A DNA stretch of 63,577 nucleotides, filler included, from Pelomyxa schiedti (taxonomy: Eukaryota > Protista > Evosea), in assembly GCA_020536535.1 (NCBI GenBank). It is 5 parts of 5 records of this genome, joined end to end, with 100 filler letters (N's around TTAATTAATTAA, not from the genome) between each part and the next. Parts side by side here need not be neighbours in the genome. Positions count along the whole stretch, not along the records: positions 31,131 to 60,877 come from JAHLWZ010001008.1; positions 60,978 to 62,144 come from JAHLWZ010002742.1; positions 62,245 to 63,577 come from JAHLWZ010002589.1; 2 more parts are not named here. One strand, written 5' to 3'. The notes under the pieces are model-generated. The model had not been told where the DNA came from. It did not search any database and saw only the letters and a list, made by a program, of their open reading frames with translations. Both the position numbers and the translations under genes were made by a program. This document shows positions 52,601 to 63,577 of the stretch, in pieces; the first letter of the stretch is position 1; the number at the start of each line of letters is the position of its first letter.

Positions 52601-54715
52601 CTTTTGCCATGCATGATGCAAGCCACTGGACACTTCTCCTTCAGAAACACTTTGGGCGAGGTACCATGCAATGAAATTTCCATCTCACTTTAGAGCTTTT
52701 CTTAGAGTTCGAATCTATTGCCACAGTGACAGTGAGACAAACCACCCTAACCATATTGGCTAAGAAAGCCATTCTCCCTTCAATACACGCCATCGAAGTA
52801 TAAGTAATGTCGATATTTGAAACTCTAATTTCTGATCGTAGACCTGCTCTGTGAAACTTCAACCTAGAGGAAAGCATACCACGGATGAGGCTGATCAACC
52901 CAATCGACCCGCAGATAAACAAAAAAATGTGTTTGGAGGAGGTATGGGTACTACTTAATTACCTCATGGACTTACTTGTGGCCATAGCTGTTTATTTTGA
53001 TGTGGAAGAGACCCGTATCTGCTTAATGAACTATCAACATGAGGAACATTCTTTGCCAAAGGTAAAGTTCACACAAGAAATAAGTTGACTAGAATACAGG
53101 GGGATAATTATTTATATCTTCGCAAAGATGTAAACTTGGATGTTGATTTCCAACATTTATTCTGGATTGGGTCCCTTGACAGCTCCGTCGTTAACAGTTC
53201 TACTCTTCTCCATCTTGTCTTCTGTTACACCCTATATTTACAGACGTAAACTCAGCCTCTTCCTGTTGGGCTGATTTGTATCCTGCTCCCAGCAACTCAG
53301 GCTCTCTAATTTATCGACCTTTGCACAGTTCCTTAGCGTTGTCTTCCATTGGCATTCACCCAAGTGATTTGTAATTTTCTGAAAACTTGAGATAACAAAT
53401 TTACCCATTTCGTGCAGGCCAAATTCACCTTTATCACTTCAGTTTATGCTCCCGATAGTCCGGCAGCCTAGCATTCCAGAAAACTTTGGAACCCTCTCTA
53501 TAGGGCTAAGAAATCTCTCTGCAAAGTAACCCTTCTATTTTTCTCACCTTTGGCTTAATTCTATGCAGCCTCAAAGTGTCTGAAGGAGCTAAAAAACCTT
53601 ACTTTATCATACATGCACCATTTCTAAAAGGACCTTTGAAGACCAGCGCACAATCAAAGGTATGGTACTCAAAGATTTCAATCTAAAGTGCCTAGACCCT
53701 CACTCCTGTCTGGTCTGAGCAATTTGAACTTCTTATTTTTGTATGTGATAGAGAGTTTCTAGCCACTCAGCATTTAGTTGTAGAACTATGGGCCAAGGGT
53801 CTGCATTCTTCGTCAGATCATATCTTTGGTTCCTATCCCCTCAGAGCATGCTCCTTGCAAGTAACTTTCACACTAGGCTGTGGTATATTACCACTTGTAA
53901 CTGTCATCAAATCACGGGGAGACTACGTACCATTTGAAGTAGAGCTTCTTCAATGTGGGAAGGCAGTTGCTTTGGCAAGGGGTGAACTCAGTGCGCAGAA
54001 TACAACTTCTGGACAACCGAATCCAAGAACACCTCCCGGCCAGACATCAACAAATGAGTTGCTGCTGGATCTTGATGATGATGTTCGAACAAAGCCTATC
54101 CTCATACCCACATCTACTCCCTCTCAAGCTGTGCAAAGCACATCACCAACACCATCACCATCAGCGTCACCGAATTTACTTATGCCACAGTCTCACATGG
54201 ACTCCACTTCAGCACGTCTGCGTCCCCGGACACCCTCACCACCTCCAAGTGGGTTCTCTCTTCCTTGGCGAAAACCAGCCATATTTCACTCCATAACTGG
54301 CAAATTTAGCCAACCCACTGCACACCCAACACCCACACTGGCAGCAAATGTAACTCCGGTCTCAACCACGATCGACAAGGTGCCCAATTCCACTGACAAC
54401 ATTCCACAAATTCTCATTGACAACCTCCCACCACCGCCGCAGTCACTCGCAATTTCACCCAGAATGCAAGACCCCACTCCCTCCCCAGCTTCCAGTCCCA
54501 CTTCGACACCCACACCATCCGTTATCACAATCACCACCACCGCGGCAAGCGAAACACAAGTACTTGTACCACCAAAGCCAACAGCGATAAGAACAGCTCC
54601 CACTAAGGCCCTTCCTCGTGTTCCCTCTCCTCCATCCAGGCCGCCCCCTCCTCCTCCTCCCTCTGCTACCTCACACACAGGATCATCGTCTACTTCACCC
54701 CCAAGTCTCCTGTGA
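49638..54715 (+). CDS. Synaptojanin-like protein: SAC1 phosphatase - degenerate inositol 5-phosphatase-like region - C2-like - proline-rich tail
   Basis: [47 protein letters not shown] (CX5R), [27 protein letters not shown]; later [27 protein letters not shown]; polyproline C-terminus. Confidence 0.85.
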
Positions 54716-55025
54716 TACAGAGACACTTAGAAACTCTCTGTCTACAGCCATGGGACTTGGTCGTTTGGTTGTCTGTACTCTTTTTTTTTGTGCAGGAAAC
54801 TTCTTCAACAAGCTTGACGAAGTTATGCCCGAAAAGAGAAGAACTTGTTTTTATTTGGAAGATAGGGAGGGACGAGGAATATCGTCACACAAGCCAACAA
54901 CTAATACGGTTCAACACCAAACATGAAGGTAATGGAATCAGTAATTTAATTCTTATGCTTCGAATTCTGGTGTAGATCGATGTACGGGGGCCATTCTTAG
55001 ACCTTTAGAGTCATTTATTCGATTA

Positions 55026-58000
55026 TCAGACAGCCACAAACAGGAGAAACAAGGACACAAAAATGGCTGCCAACGAAGGGAGTGACAGGGAGCTGTGGCT
55101 GATTGAAAAGGTGGAGGGATAGGAACTCTCTGATTGCCAGGACGACTGCTTTACAATGGAGAATGACCCGGATGGGGATTCGGAATGGGAGTGCGAGTTG
55201 GATTGGGATTGTGAATCGGAGGTGGTGTGCGACTGAGCCTGTGATGTGGACAATGACTCGGATTGGGATTCGGAATGGGAGTGTGACTTCGACTGAGATG
55301 GAGACTGGGTTTGTGAATGTGACTGTGACTGCGATTTTGATTGAGATGCGGTATGAGACTGTGAAGTGGGTTCAGAGGTAGAAGTTGACTGGGATGTGGG
55401 GTGGGAATGTGAGTAGGATTGGGACAAAGACAAGGACTCGGAGACCGTAGGTGTGGAATGGGGCTGAGATGAGGAGAGTAGGTTGGAGGTGGATTTGGAT
55501 TGCGAGATAGATAACTGGGACTCGTCAGATTCGGAGAGGGAATGTGAGTGAGAGACGGAAACTGTATCGGAGGAACTGGATTTTGTAACACAACTGTAGA
55601 GTGCACAGGTGAGGCTTTCGATCTAGCTTCATGTTAAATTTTGATTCCATATGTGGATAGAAAGGATCTAGCATGCCATTTCGGCAATCCGGATTCGTTG
55701 GTCATAAATAAGAGATGCATCTGTTGTGAATTGCCCGTTGCTATCAACAAATATTGTCTGGGGTACAGAGAGAAGGGCTGAAGCATCTTGAACCAGCTGA
55801 CTAGAAGGATCAAGTGCTGGGTTGTTGACCAAATCTTGGAGAACGATGAAGTACTCCAGATCTTCAAGTCCATCACGAAGAACCTCCAATCTGCAACTGT
55901 CTACAGGAGCATCAGTAAGGAGAGGCGATGTTGTTTCCTGGAAGCGTGTTATAGAAGAGGCCTATTAAAAACGAACACACATTCCAATTCTTAGGAGGGT
56001 ACAAAAGTCTGCCATCGCCGTTTCCCCAGGGTGTTGGAGTTACAGACCCATAACCTGTTTCCCATGACATGGGATCTTCATCTGGGTTTTGTTTATCTTA
56101 GGATCTGCAAAGAATCTTGGGGTAAGTACAAGGGTCTTGGAGTGATGTTGGATAAGCCACATCACTGGTCCAGTAGTTTGCACTCCATATCAAAATGCCA
56201 TCCAGCTCTAGGTTTGTTTTAATTTTGTCCTTTTTCCAAAGGAGCTCATGGCATACTGTATTGCCACACTGTCCAGGGCCACAATCTCATTTCGGTGGCT
56301 GGGTGGTCTATGAATAGTCCCAAGTACGGGGCTTTAGGGCAGCAACAAACATAATCCCATGCGAATTCTCCAAGGCTTCATGGAGTTAAGTGGTTATCAC
56401 TTTATTTCTTAACCAACTCTTGTCGTGGCTTAGCTTTGTTATAGTCGTAGTTGGAGATCACTGGGCACCAGGTATCCACATAGCCATAGAGATCGGAGAT
56501 GGGCTCTTCCGTTAAAAATCTATCTAACTTGGGAGCAGCATCTTTGATGGCCTGCATTCCTTCCTGAAGAAGATCTCTTGGTATACAATGGAGTCGAATT
56601 TACCAACCTGAACGAACTCGTAGTCTTCTGGGGCAGGTTCATCAAACCAATAAACAATGGATTTTGGGATGAGTCCACGATCATACAGGAAGTTTTCAAT
56701 AGTTTCTGTGCAACAGGTTACCTAGGCCAGAACAATAATCACAGAAATTACTGGCGTAATCGTTAAACAGAGCTGTATGTTCAGGAGATCCCTTTTTTTT
56801 TTTTTGGCATGTCATGTTACACCAAAATAGTGTTGGAATGACTTACCCAAGGGTGGCCATTAATTTCGCCAATTTCTCTTTCATAAAAAGAGCCACTACC
56901 CATCCCTTGTAAGTACCTTTGGGACTGTTACACAAGTTTGCAACCAGAAAATCATACACATTATAATTTGTGAAGCCATAGCCTGAATTGCCGAAGTAAG
57001 TTTGGTAGTTAGAGTCAAAGTCATCAAGGTAGTACTCCCAATACTCTGTTCCGTTAGATGCAGTAATAACTTCAGCCCAGATCTGTTCTGCCGTAAATAG
57101 ATATAAAACAACTGATATTACACACATCATGGTAAACAATAGGGTTTTCTGGAGAAATTCTATGCGACTTAAAATGGTCTAGATAGGCATTCCAAACTTG
57201 CTCAGAGTCAGGGTCCGAAACGTGGTGGTATTGTTTAATCATGTCTAACAGAAAAGAATTGTTTGAAGTGATACTATAGGTTCGGCAATAATATATACCT
57301 GAGGAAAGACCAAATGACGATTTCAAGGTTGGGTGATCAGGAATGGAAAAGTTGTACACTCTCAATTTAAGGGGTACTGTCACTTCAGTGGAATCCACTA
57401 TCAAGTGAGTGGAAGCTGAATATCTGAAAACAGTAAGTGGCGAACAGGAGTTGTTATACGTACGTTCCAGAAAGAGTATCTTTGGGAATGTGCACAAGAT
57501 ACCAGAGAGGGCAGTTGGTGTTTGGGGGACAAGTAAATGGAAGTACAAGTGGGGTAAGTGGATCTGGCCAATATTCTTGTTCAACACCCAGTTCATCAGT
57601 CGCTTCAGCAGTGAAGACATACTCCACCTTGTTCATTTTGAGCAAATGAAATAAGCAAACCACTGTGCACTTTTCTCATAGTCACTTCAGTGGAGTCAAT
57701 TGTATCTTCTGAGGAGACAAAATCAGATACTGTGACTGAGGAAAAAACAGATGGAGAGTTCCCAGAGTGAAATATGAGTTGAAAAGGCTCATACTCATTT
57801 CGGGCGGCAGATATCTTTCTGGGGATTAAAAAGGAAAAAGTCTAAAGAGCATACATACCGAAACTGATGAAGAATAAGTTACAGGGGGGGATCGCTCAAG
57901 ACTGACTTTGTATGAACCATCACACCACCAGAAGGACCCTGTTGGCACTGCCGTTGTTATAGACTGGCCAAAAGTTGGGTCGTAAAGATGGTTGACTGCT

Positions 58001-59743
58001 GAAAAAGTGATCCATGAGCACGAATAGGAATTATCGCAGTCCAGAACTAGATTAGATGCGCACTTAAAGTCTATGACTTGGTCATCGCCCCCAGGGAGTG
58101 TGTCTAGAAAACGTTAGGGCGAAACTCAGAAGGGGGTAGTTACAATTGACTTGAAGTGGTAGGTCACTGGAGCCAGAAATAGTAAATGCAGAGTCACCTT
58201 GGAGCACAACTGCAGTCGCACGGTGATCTCTTGGGGTAGCTGAAACAAACGCTGATGTCTCACTTGAACCTCGATTCTTCAGAAGCAGATTCAGTGTAGA
58301 ACTGGAATATATATTATGAAAGTTCTGACTCTCTTTTTAAATTCGTTAATTGTTTTAAAAAAAAGATGTCGATAACCGTGATCAAATGCAAGTATAACAG
58401 TGCAATTCGTGCCATCTGGGGGGCAATCGTTTGTCAGAACTGCTTGATCTCCAGTTATGTCGACACTTGATGGAAGGGAGATATTGAAAATCCATTGGTC
58501 CACCTGTGAGTCTTAGAAAAAAGTAATTGAGGCTAGAGGTGGGTGGACCTGAAATGAAGCTGACGAAGAGGCAATAAGCAAAAAATTTACACAGGAGGTA
58601 TCAGTGACTGGAAAATCTTTTGTTGACTTCGAAGATATTGTTCCCATTAGAGTCGAAGGTGTACCATCAGCTCCACAGTATACCTGGTATACAGTGAGAA
58701 GAGAGCCAAATAGGGACGAGGTGTACAGAAAGTGAGCCAGATGAATAGTAACTAATTTCAACCCTTAAATTTCCAGTACCACTAAAATTATGAGAAAGTG
58801 GATGCTTAAGCAGGATGAAATCTTTTGAACCAAAAATGAAGCGGTCCGTATTATACCTGAAAGGATATAAATTAAACTCAGGAGAAGGATCATACGTGAC
58901 AGAGAAATTGCTTATTGTGCTGCGATAGTTGGAGGAGTATGAGATCTCGTGATCAAATGACGATGAGTAAACTGAGTTGGCAATTTTTTCACCAGGGCCA
59001 AGTCGACCGTACCCATAAAATGAGAAAGGAAGAATATCAGACTAAGGGATTATTAGAAATCAGAGACAAGTTTAGGAAAACCTGGCGTAATTCAATTTTA
59101 TTGAATGTGCAGGAGCCATTAATTTGCCACTGACCCATTCTTATTGATGCTGTCTTAGATTTGTAGTTTACACGTACAAGATATCTTGGAGGAGTGACGA
59201 ATAGTACTTGAACTGCAGTGCCTACCTGTACTTGTACCAACCATCAGAAAGAGGTTCGCCTGGCTCATATGTATCTACATTAACTCCTGTCACCTAGGAG
59301 ATCTTTTAAAACCTTCTAATGTGAAAGGCTCTCATACTCCTGACGTTGCCGTTCCAGATTCACTGTCAAAGACACATTTTTGATAAAAAGAAAGCTGTGT
59401 GCGGGAATTTAGCATGGCTATGCAACCCAATGGTGCCAAACCTCATAAACAGAGAGCGGTGTCACAGTAAACTGAGAAGAAACCATGGTGCTACTCGAAT
59501 TAGCGTAACCAGAAACAACCAAACAAAGGTCGGATGTGGCGTCGTATCCACAACCCTTCTCTCGAACAACCTGCTCCCAGTAAACTTTAATAAAAGAGGA
59601 AACGGATCTTACACCTGGCAAGATCCATCGCCATCGCACGTCCACACGTACGGACGCAACGGAGATCCACAAGATCCAATAATAATGACACCCACCAACA
59701 CCATGAGCCATCTCACGACATTACGGTTACACCGCTGAAACAT
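55026..59743 (-). CDS. Secreted / membrane-anchored DUF4091 (GH123-like) glycoside hydrolase with Ser/His-rich stalk
   Basis: Signal peptide WLMVLVGVIIIGSCG; SAARNEYEPFQLI, PLWYLVHIPKD, WFDEP, GNGDGRLLYPP, EVLRDGLEDLEYF; (S-x)n stalk and a C-terminal hydrophobic tail. Confidence 0.75.
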
Positions 59744-59954
59744 TGCGTACGGGTCGTCTGTACTGGTTTGTTCGTTTTTTTGTTTTTCCGTTGACTGACG
59801 CCGGAAAAGATGATGATCTCCACAAAATGTACTTGCCAAAATAGAACATGCTTGAGTTTAGCCGAAAGATTCAAAAAAGTGCACAAAACAAGCACGCCGG
59901 GCTTTTATTGCACGCGCAGGCTTCCAAGCCTCGAAATGGTGTGGGTGGTGTGAA

Positions 59955-61206
59955 TTAATGGTGCTTGTGGTGGTGTCCTTCAGCCTCGCTGACGACTACG
60001 TCCACCTCGTCATCCACCTTGGACAAGAAGAGGGCGTGATAGGCTATTTTGAGGAACATGTAGAACCAGAACCAGTGGAGTGCAAGCAGCCCGCACAGCA
60101 TGAAGTTGAAGAAGTAGTACCCTTCACTGTGGAGGGTGTTGTCCTGGTTGATGAGGATGCCGTAGGCTTCGAACATTGTGCTGTGGATGACCCAGCCGGG
60201 GAACACCCAGAGCCGGTACCATATCCACGTGATGATGGTAGATATGAGGAGGAAGATGGATGTCTTGACCAGCCTCACCTCGTTTGTGCACCGCATTACG
60301 TTCACAAACACATCGCCAACGTCGTGGAGTGCCAGGACGAGCGTGCCGATTCGTACGTAGCCATAGGCCCAGGAATATACAATGAGGAAGACCTCCAGTG
60401 CGTGGTGAAAGGCCATTTCAATGAAATCACGTCTGTGCTTCCGTATGATGAGAAATACGAGCGATTGAAGAGCATAGCCAAGAGAAAACATGTAGTACAT
60501 CTTGACCTGTACACAACCTTGAGTAAGACGCATAAACAAAGGTCTCACGGCACAACACAGTTCAATAACCGGCTTACACATTATAGACAATCTTGTTATT
60601 CCCCAACCACAATCCCAAACTATGGTATATTTAAATAAAATCCCAAGCACCATCAAGGTATGCATACACTTGTATAGTCATTGTTCTGGTTCCAAAGGTC
60701 TCTCCAGCAATTGCGTGTATCACCTGATGCTCCAGGAACGACGACTCCTGGCACCCATTCCTTGTCATACAGTGCGTACCAGCCGAACAAAGTTGCTGGC
60801 ACATAGTAAATGACAAGGTACATGCAGTGCTGGAACTTTTCCTGTTGAAACAGTTACAAAAAAAAAAAGAAACTTAANNNNNNNNNNNNNNNNNNNNNNN
60901 NNNNNNNNNNNNNNNNNNNNNTTAATTAATTAANNNNNNNNNNNNNNNNNNNNNNNNNNNNNNNNNNNNNNNNNNNNCGGCACCGTAGAGATTCTACCTG
61001 GCTCTGATTAAATTGTACATGGGAGAAAGTGTCTTCCATGTGCGGTTGAGCTTGTTGGGTATTGCTCCCTCTAGGGACGGTTTGATTGGCGTTGTTTCCA
61101 CCGTGATTGTTTTCCCTGTTGCGCTTGGTGCCGCCTGTGTCTCGCTCTGTTTGCCCTTTTGTTTCTTATGTGCGCTCTTGCTCGCACTTCGCCCGTCATT
61201 TGGCAT
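59955..61206 (-). CDS. LAG1: Ceramide synthase (LAG1/LAC1, TLC domain), interrupted by a gap
   Basis: Lag1p motif RRDFIEMAFHH..SW..GYVRIGTLVLALHDVGDVF; WIWYRL..P; FNFMLCGLLALHWFWFYMF. Confidence 0.92.
60878..60977. other. Scaffold gap with artificial TTAATTAATTAA linker
   Basis: 44 N + linker + 44 N. Confidence 0.97.
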
Positions 61207-62144
61207 CTTTTTGGTCCGTCGTAAGTAGCCTCCACCTCACCATCGCTTGTGGTTTTTATCGGTACAGGGGTGTATCGTTATTTGGCATGGGAGCAAAACG
61301 TTACCCTCCACCCCGTGTGGAAAGAAACAAAGGTGTTCAGAGGTGGATTGGGTTTAGATAGTGACCACCACACAGTGAGGTGTAGCCCAGGGTCCCAACA
61401 GATTCGCTGTAGTTTTCCCAGAAATCCAACAGATGATATCATATCAATGATGAGATCATTGATTAGAACAACAAGTACGCCCACAAAATGTCGCAGTATT
61501 GGAGGTTAACAGTGAGGGAGTGCGATGTTTCGGTACATTAGAGCTACTGCCTTTCGAACTATAAGTCGATCTATATCCAGGTTGGTGTTTTGGAGTGGGG
61601 GACTGCCAGCTTCGCCAGTACACTTTTCGAGCCAGCTTACAGCTGCCACCACAAACACCTTGGTACCATACACTGTCTCATAGCAAATAATACCACAAAC
61701 CACAAAAAACAAAAAAAATACAAAACCACAGCCCCCGTGTATAGGTGCCAAACCAGTGCCTGTGGCACCATTTGATTTGTTTTTTCATATGTAAAAAGTT
61801 CCTCAATGACCAAACAAAAAAATCTTGGGTCCACATGTGTGGTTCTTCCCTTCCCTGTTTGGGCTTTTTGTATTAAAAAAACCCCCCAATGTGATATTTC
61901 TCATTTAGTATTATTTGTTACAAAGCTGTATGCAGTGGCTGCATTGGTGCACCATTGAGAAGATTGGTGCTTTCTTCATTCCGGTATCCCCCTCTATCAA
62001 ATATTTAGTTTTTTATGTATGGGCAGGGCAAAACCTTGGTTTACGGGCAACAATGAGAAGAAGGCAGGAAGAAGTTATCTGTAGGTTGTGATTAGGAGAG
62101 GATGTGGTAAATGAGCAGAGGCCTGGGGGAACCAATAGGCCATG

Positions 62145-62244
62145 NNNNNNNNNNNNNNNNNNNNNNNNNNNNNNNNNNNNNNNNNNNNTTAATTAATTAA
62201 NNNNNNNNNNNNNNNNNNNNNNNNNNNNNNNNNNNNNNNNNNNN
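62145..62244. other. Scaffold gap with artificial TTAATTAATTAA linker
   Basis: 44 N + linker + 44 N. Confidence 0.97.
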
Positions 62245-63577
62245 TGTCTTCCTCACCCCTGATTTAGGGCCTGATGGGGGAAGGTGCCGGTATGCTCCCC
62301 CACTTCCTTTTTTTCATTTTGACTTGGAAATAGGGCTCTCCAGCACGAACTCAAGCATACATTTTGGCACCTCCATCCCCTTCCCCTTCACCACTTTTTT
62401 TTTTTTTTTGGCACACTTAACCCACACCAGGGAAATCTACTAAATTTTTAAGGTGGGGTATTATGCTGCTTTTAAAAGCTTGGCATGTTGCAAGTGAAGA
62501 CCAAGACAAACCTACATTTTCGTACCCTAAGTTTTTAGAGTTTGTAATATCTCATTTAAATTCTTTATTTACCACTCCACAGTGTAAAGACAATCATTAT
62601 TTGCGGACTCTTTTTGATACTTAAGCTGATTCGTTTTTAGATTATAAATAAAGTTCACCAGCAGTGTCCCAACTCTGGATAAAGATACACTTAAAATTAC
62701 GGGGTTTTGCGGCTCGATTCCGGCCAAACCAATTTTTTTTTAAATTTGCCTGAATCTGAGACGTGGTTCCTCGACGAGGCAAAACGCATTTAGAGCACGC
62801 TGCAAGACAGTACAACCGATAGTACTGTCCTTCGACTCCACAATGGGCATGTTTTTGGTCCGAACAGAGGCATCCCAGCTCTAAAACCCTGCACACAAGT
62901 TTCGGGGCAAAAAAAAAACTGGAGAGCCAGATTCACTTTTTCTTTATTATTTTAAAGACGATTGTCTCAGAAATTCCACTTTTTTGAATTATTGAGTCAT
63001 CCGTGCCTGCCTGCATTCTGCTACTTCTTCCCTGAGTTCTCGGTTCTATTTATTGTGGTGCTGTGGCAGTGCCGCCTGCAGTGCTACTGTGATTCTGGCG
63101 GATGCCAGTGGGCATTTTGGACACCAGCAGAGTTTTGTTTGGTTGCAGCATGTGTGCTGTCGTGATACTGGTGGGTGCTGGTGAATGCTGAGTGTGGCCG
63201 GCAAGCAGTGGTGCTGTGGATCAGGTCTGTGCTTATAGGCATCACTTCCAGGGACTGCTTGGGGTTGTTGTGGATGTGTGCTGGCGTGCCCCTTCACATT
63301 AATTGTTTCAATCCTTTGGCTGTAAGTGGTTGTTACTAAGTGCTAGTGAGAATGAAGTAAGATAGGGTGAGTATACCAGTAGATCTAGTTTTGTGCCTAT
63401 CAGCTTGGTACTTCAAGGGCAGCGGAAATAACAACAACCAAGGGACACCTGCAGAGATTAGAACAAGATATAAACAGAAGAGCTGAAAGTACCTGTGGGG
63501 AGGTACTGCACAGACTGCAGCAGGCAATTGAAGAAGTAGTGGTGCTGATACCCTGAACTGAAGGCGGCAGCCTCCAC

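Noticed and set aside
61207-63577. Short ORFs in the final 2.4 kb
   Set aside because: No recognisable motifs or consistent exon chain. A gene 3' end may lie at about 63050-63577 but cannot be supported.

Overview
Gene-dense eukaryotic (protist) draft-genome window, not prokaryotic. It holds about 19 protein-coding genes broken by many very short introns (about 35-65 nt), short intergenic spacers, and six 100-nt scaffold gaps. Four gaps carry an artificial TTAATTAATTAA six-frame-stop linker; two are flanked by exact 121-bp duplications. Intron style and gene families suggest an amoebozoan, possibly a Pelomyxa-like archamoeba (inference only). Recognisable genes: MORN-RING protein, ankyrin/multi-TM protein, RING-Bbox-Bbox-coiled coil-discoidin (TRIM-like) protein, RasGAP, cyclin H, PTB/hnRNP-L-like RRM protein, STE-type kinase with beta-propeller, transportin-3, metallophosphoesterase, synaptojanin-like SAC1 protein, DUF4091/GH123-like surface protein and LAG1 ceramide synthase. 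Four signals stand out after manual splicing. (1) A giant ankyrin-DUF4062-NACHT-WD40 (TEP1/NLR-like) gene ends in an in-frame EMAP-II/Arc1p-type tRNA-binding domain. (2) An ankyrin protein is fused to a Vint-type Hint (intein-like autoprocessing) domain. (3) An intergenic array of eight 19-bp palindromic units shows compensatory changes. (4) A candidate 32-nt poison exon lies in an unusually long CU-rich intron of the PTB-like gene. GC-AG introns appear to be frequent. All gene models were spliced by eye and the ends are approximate.
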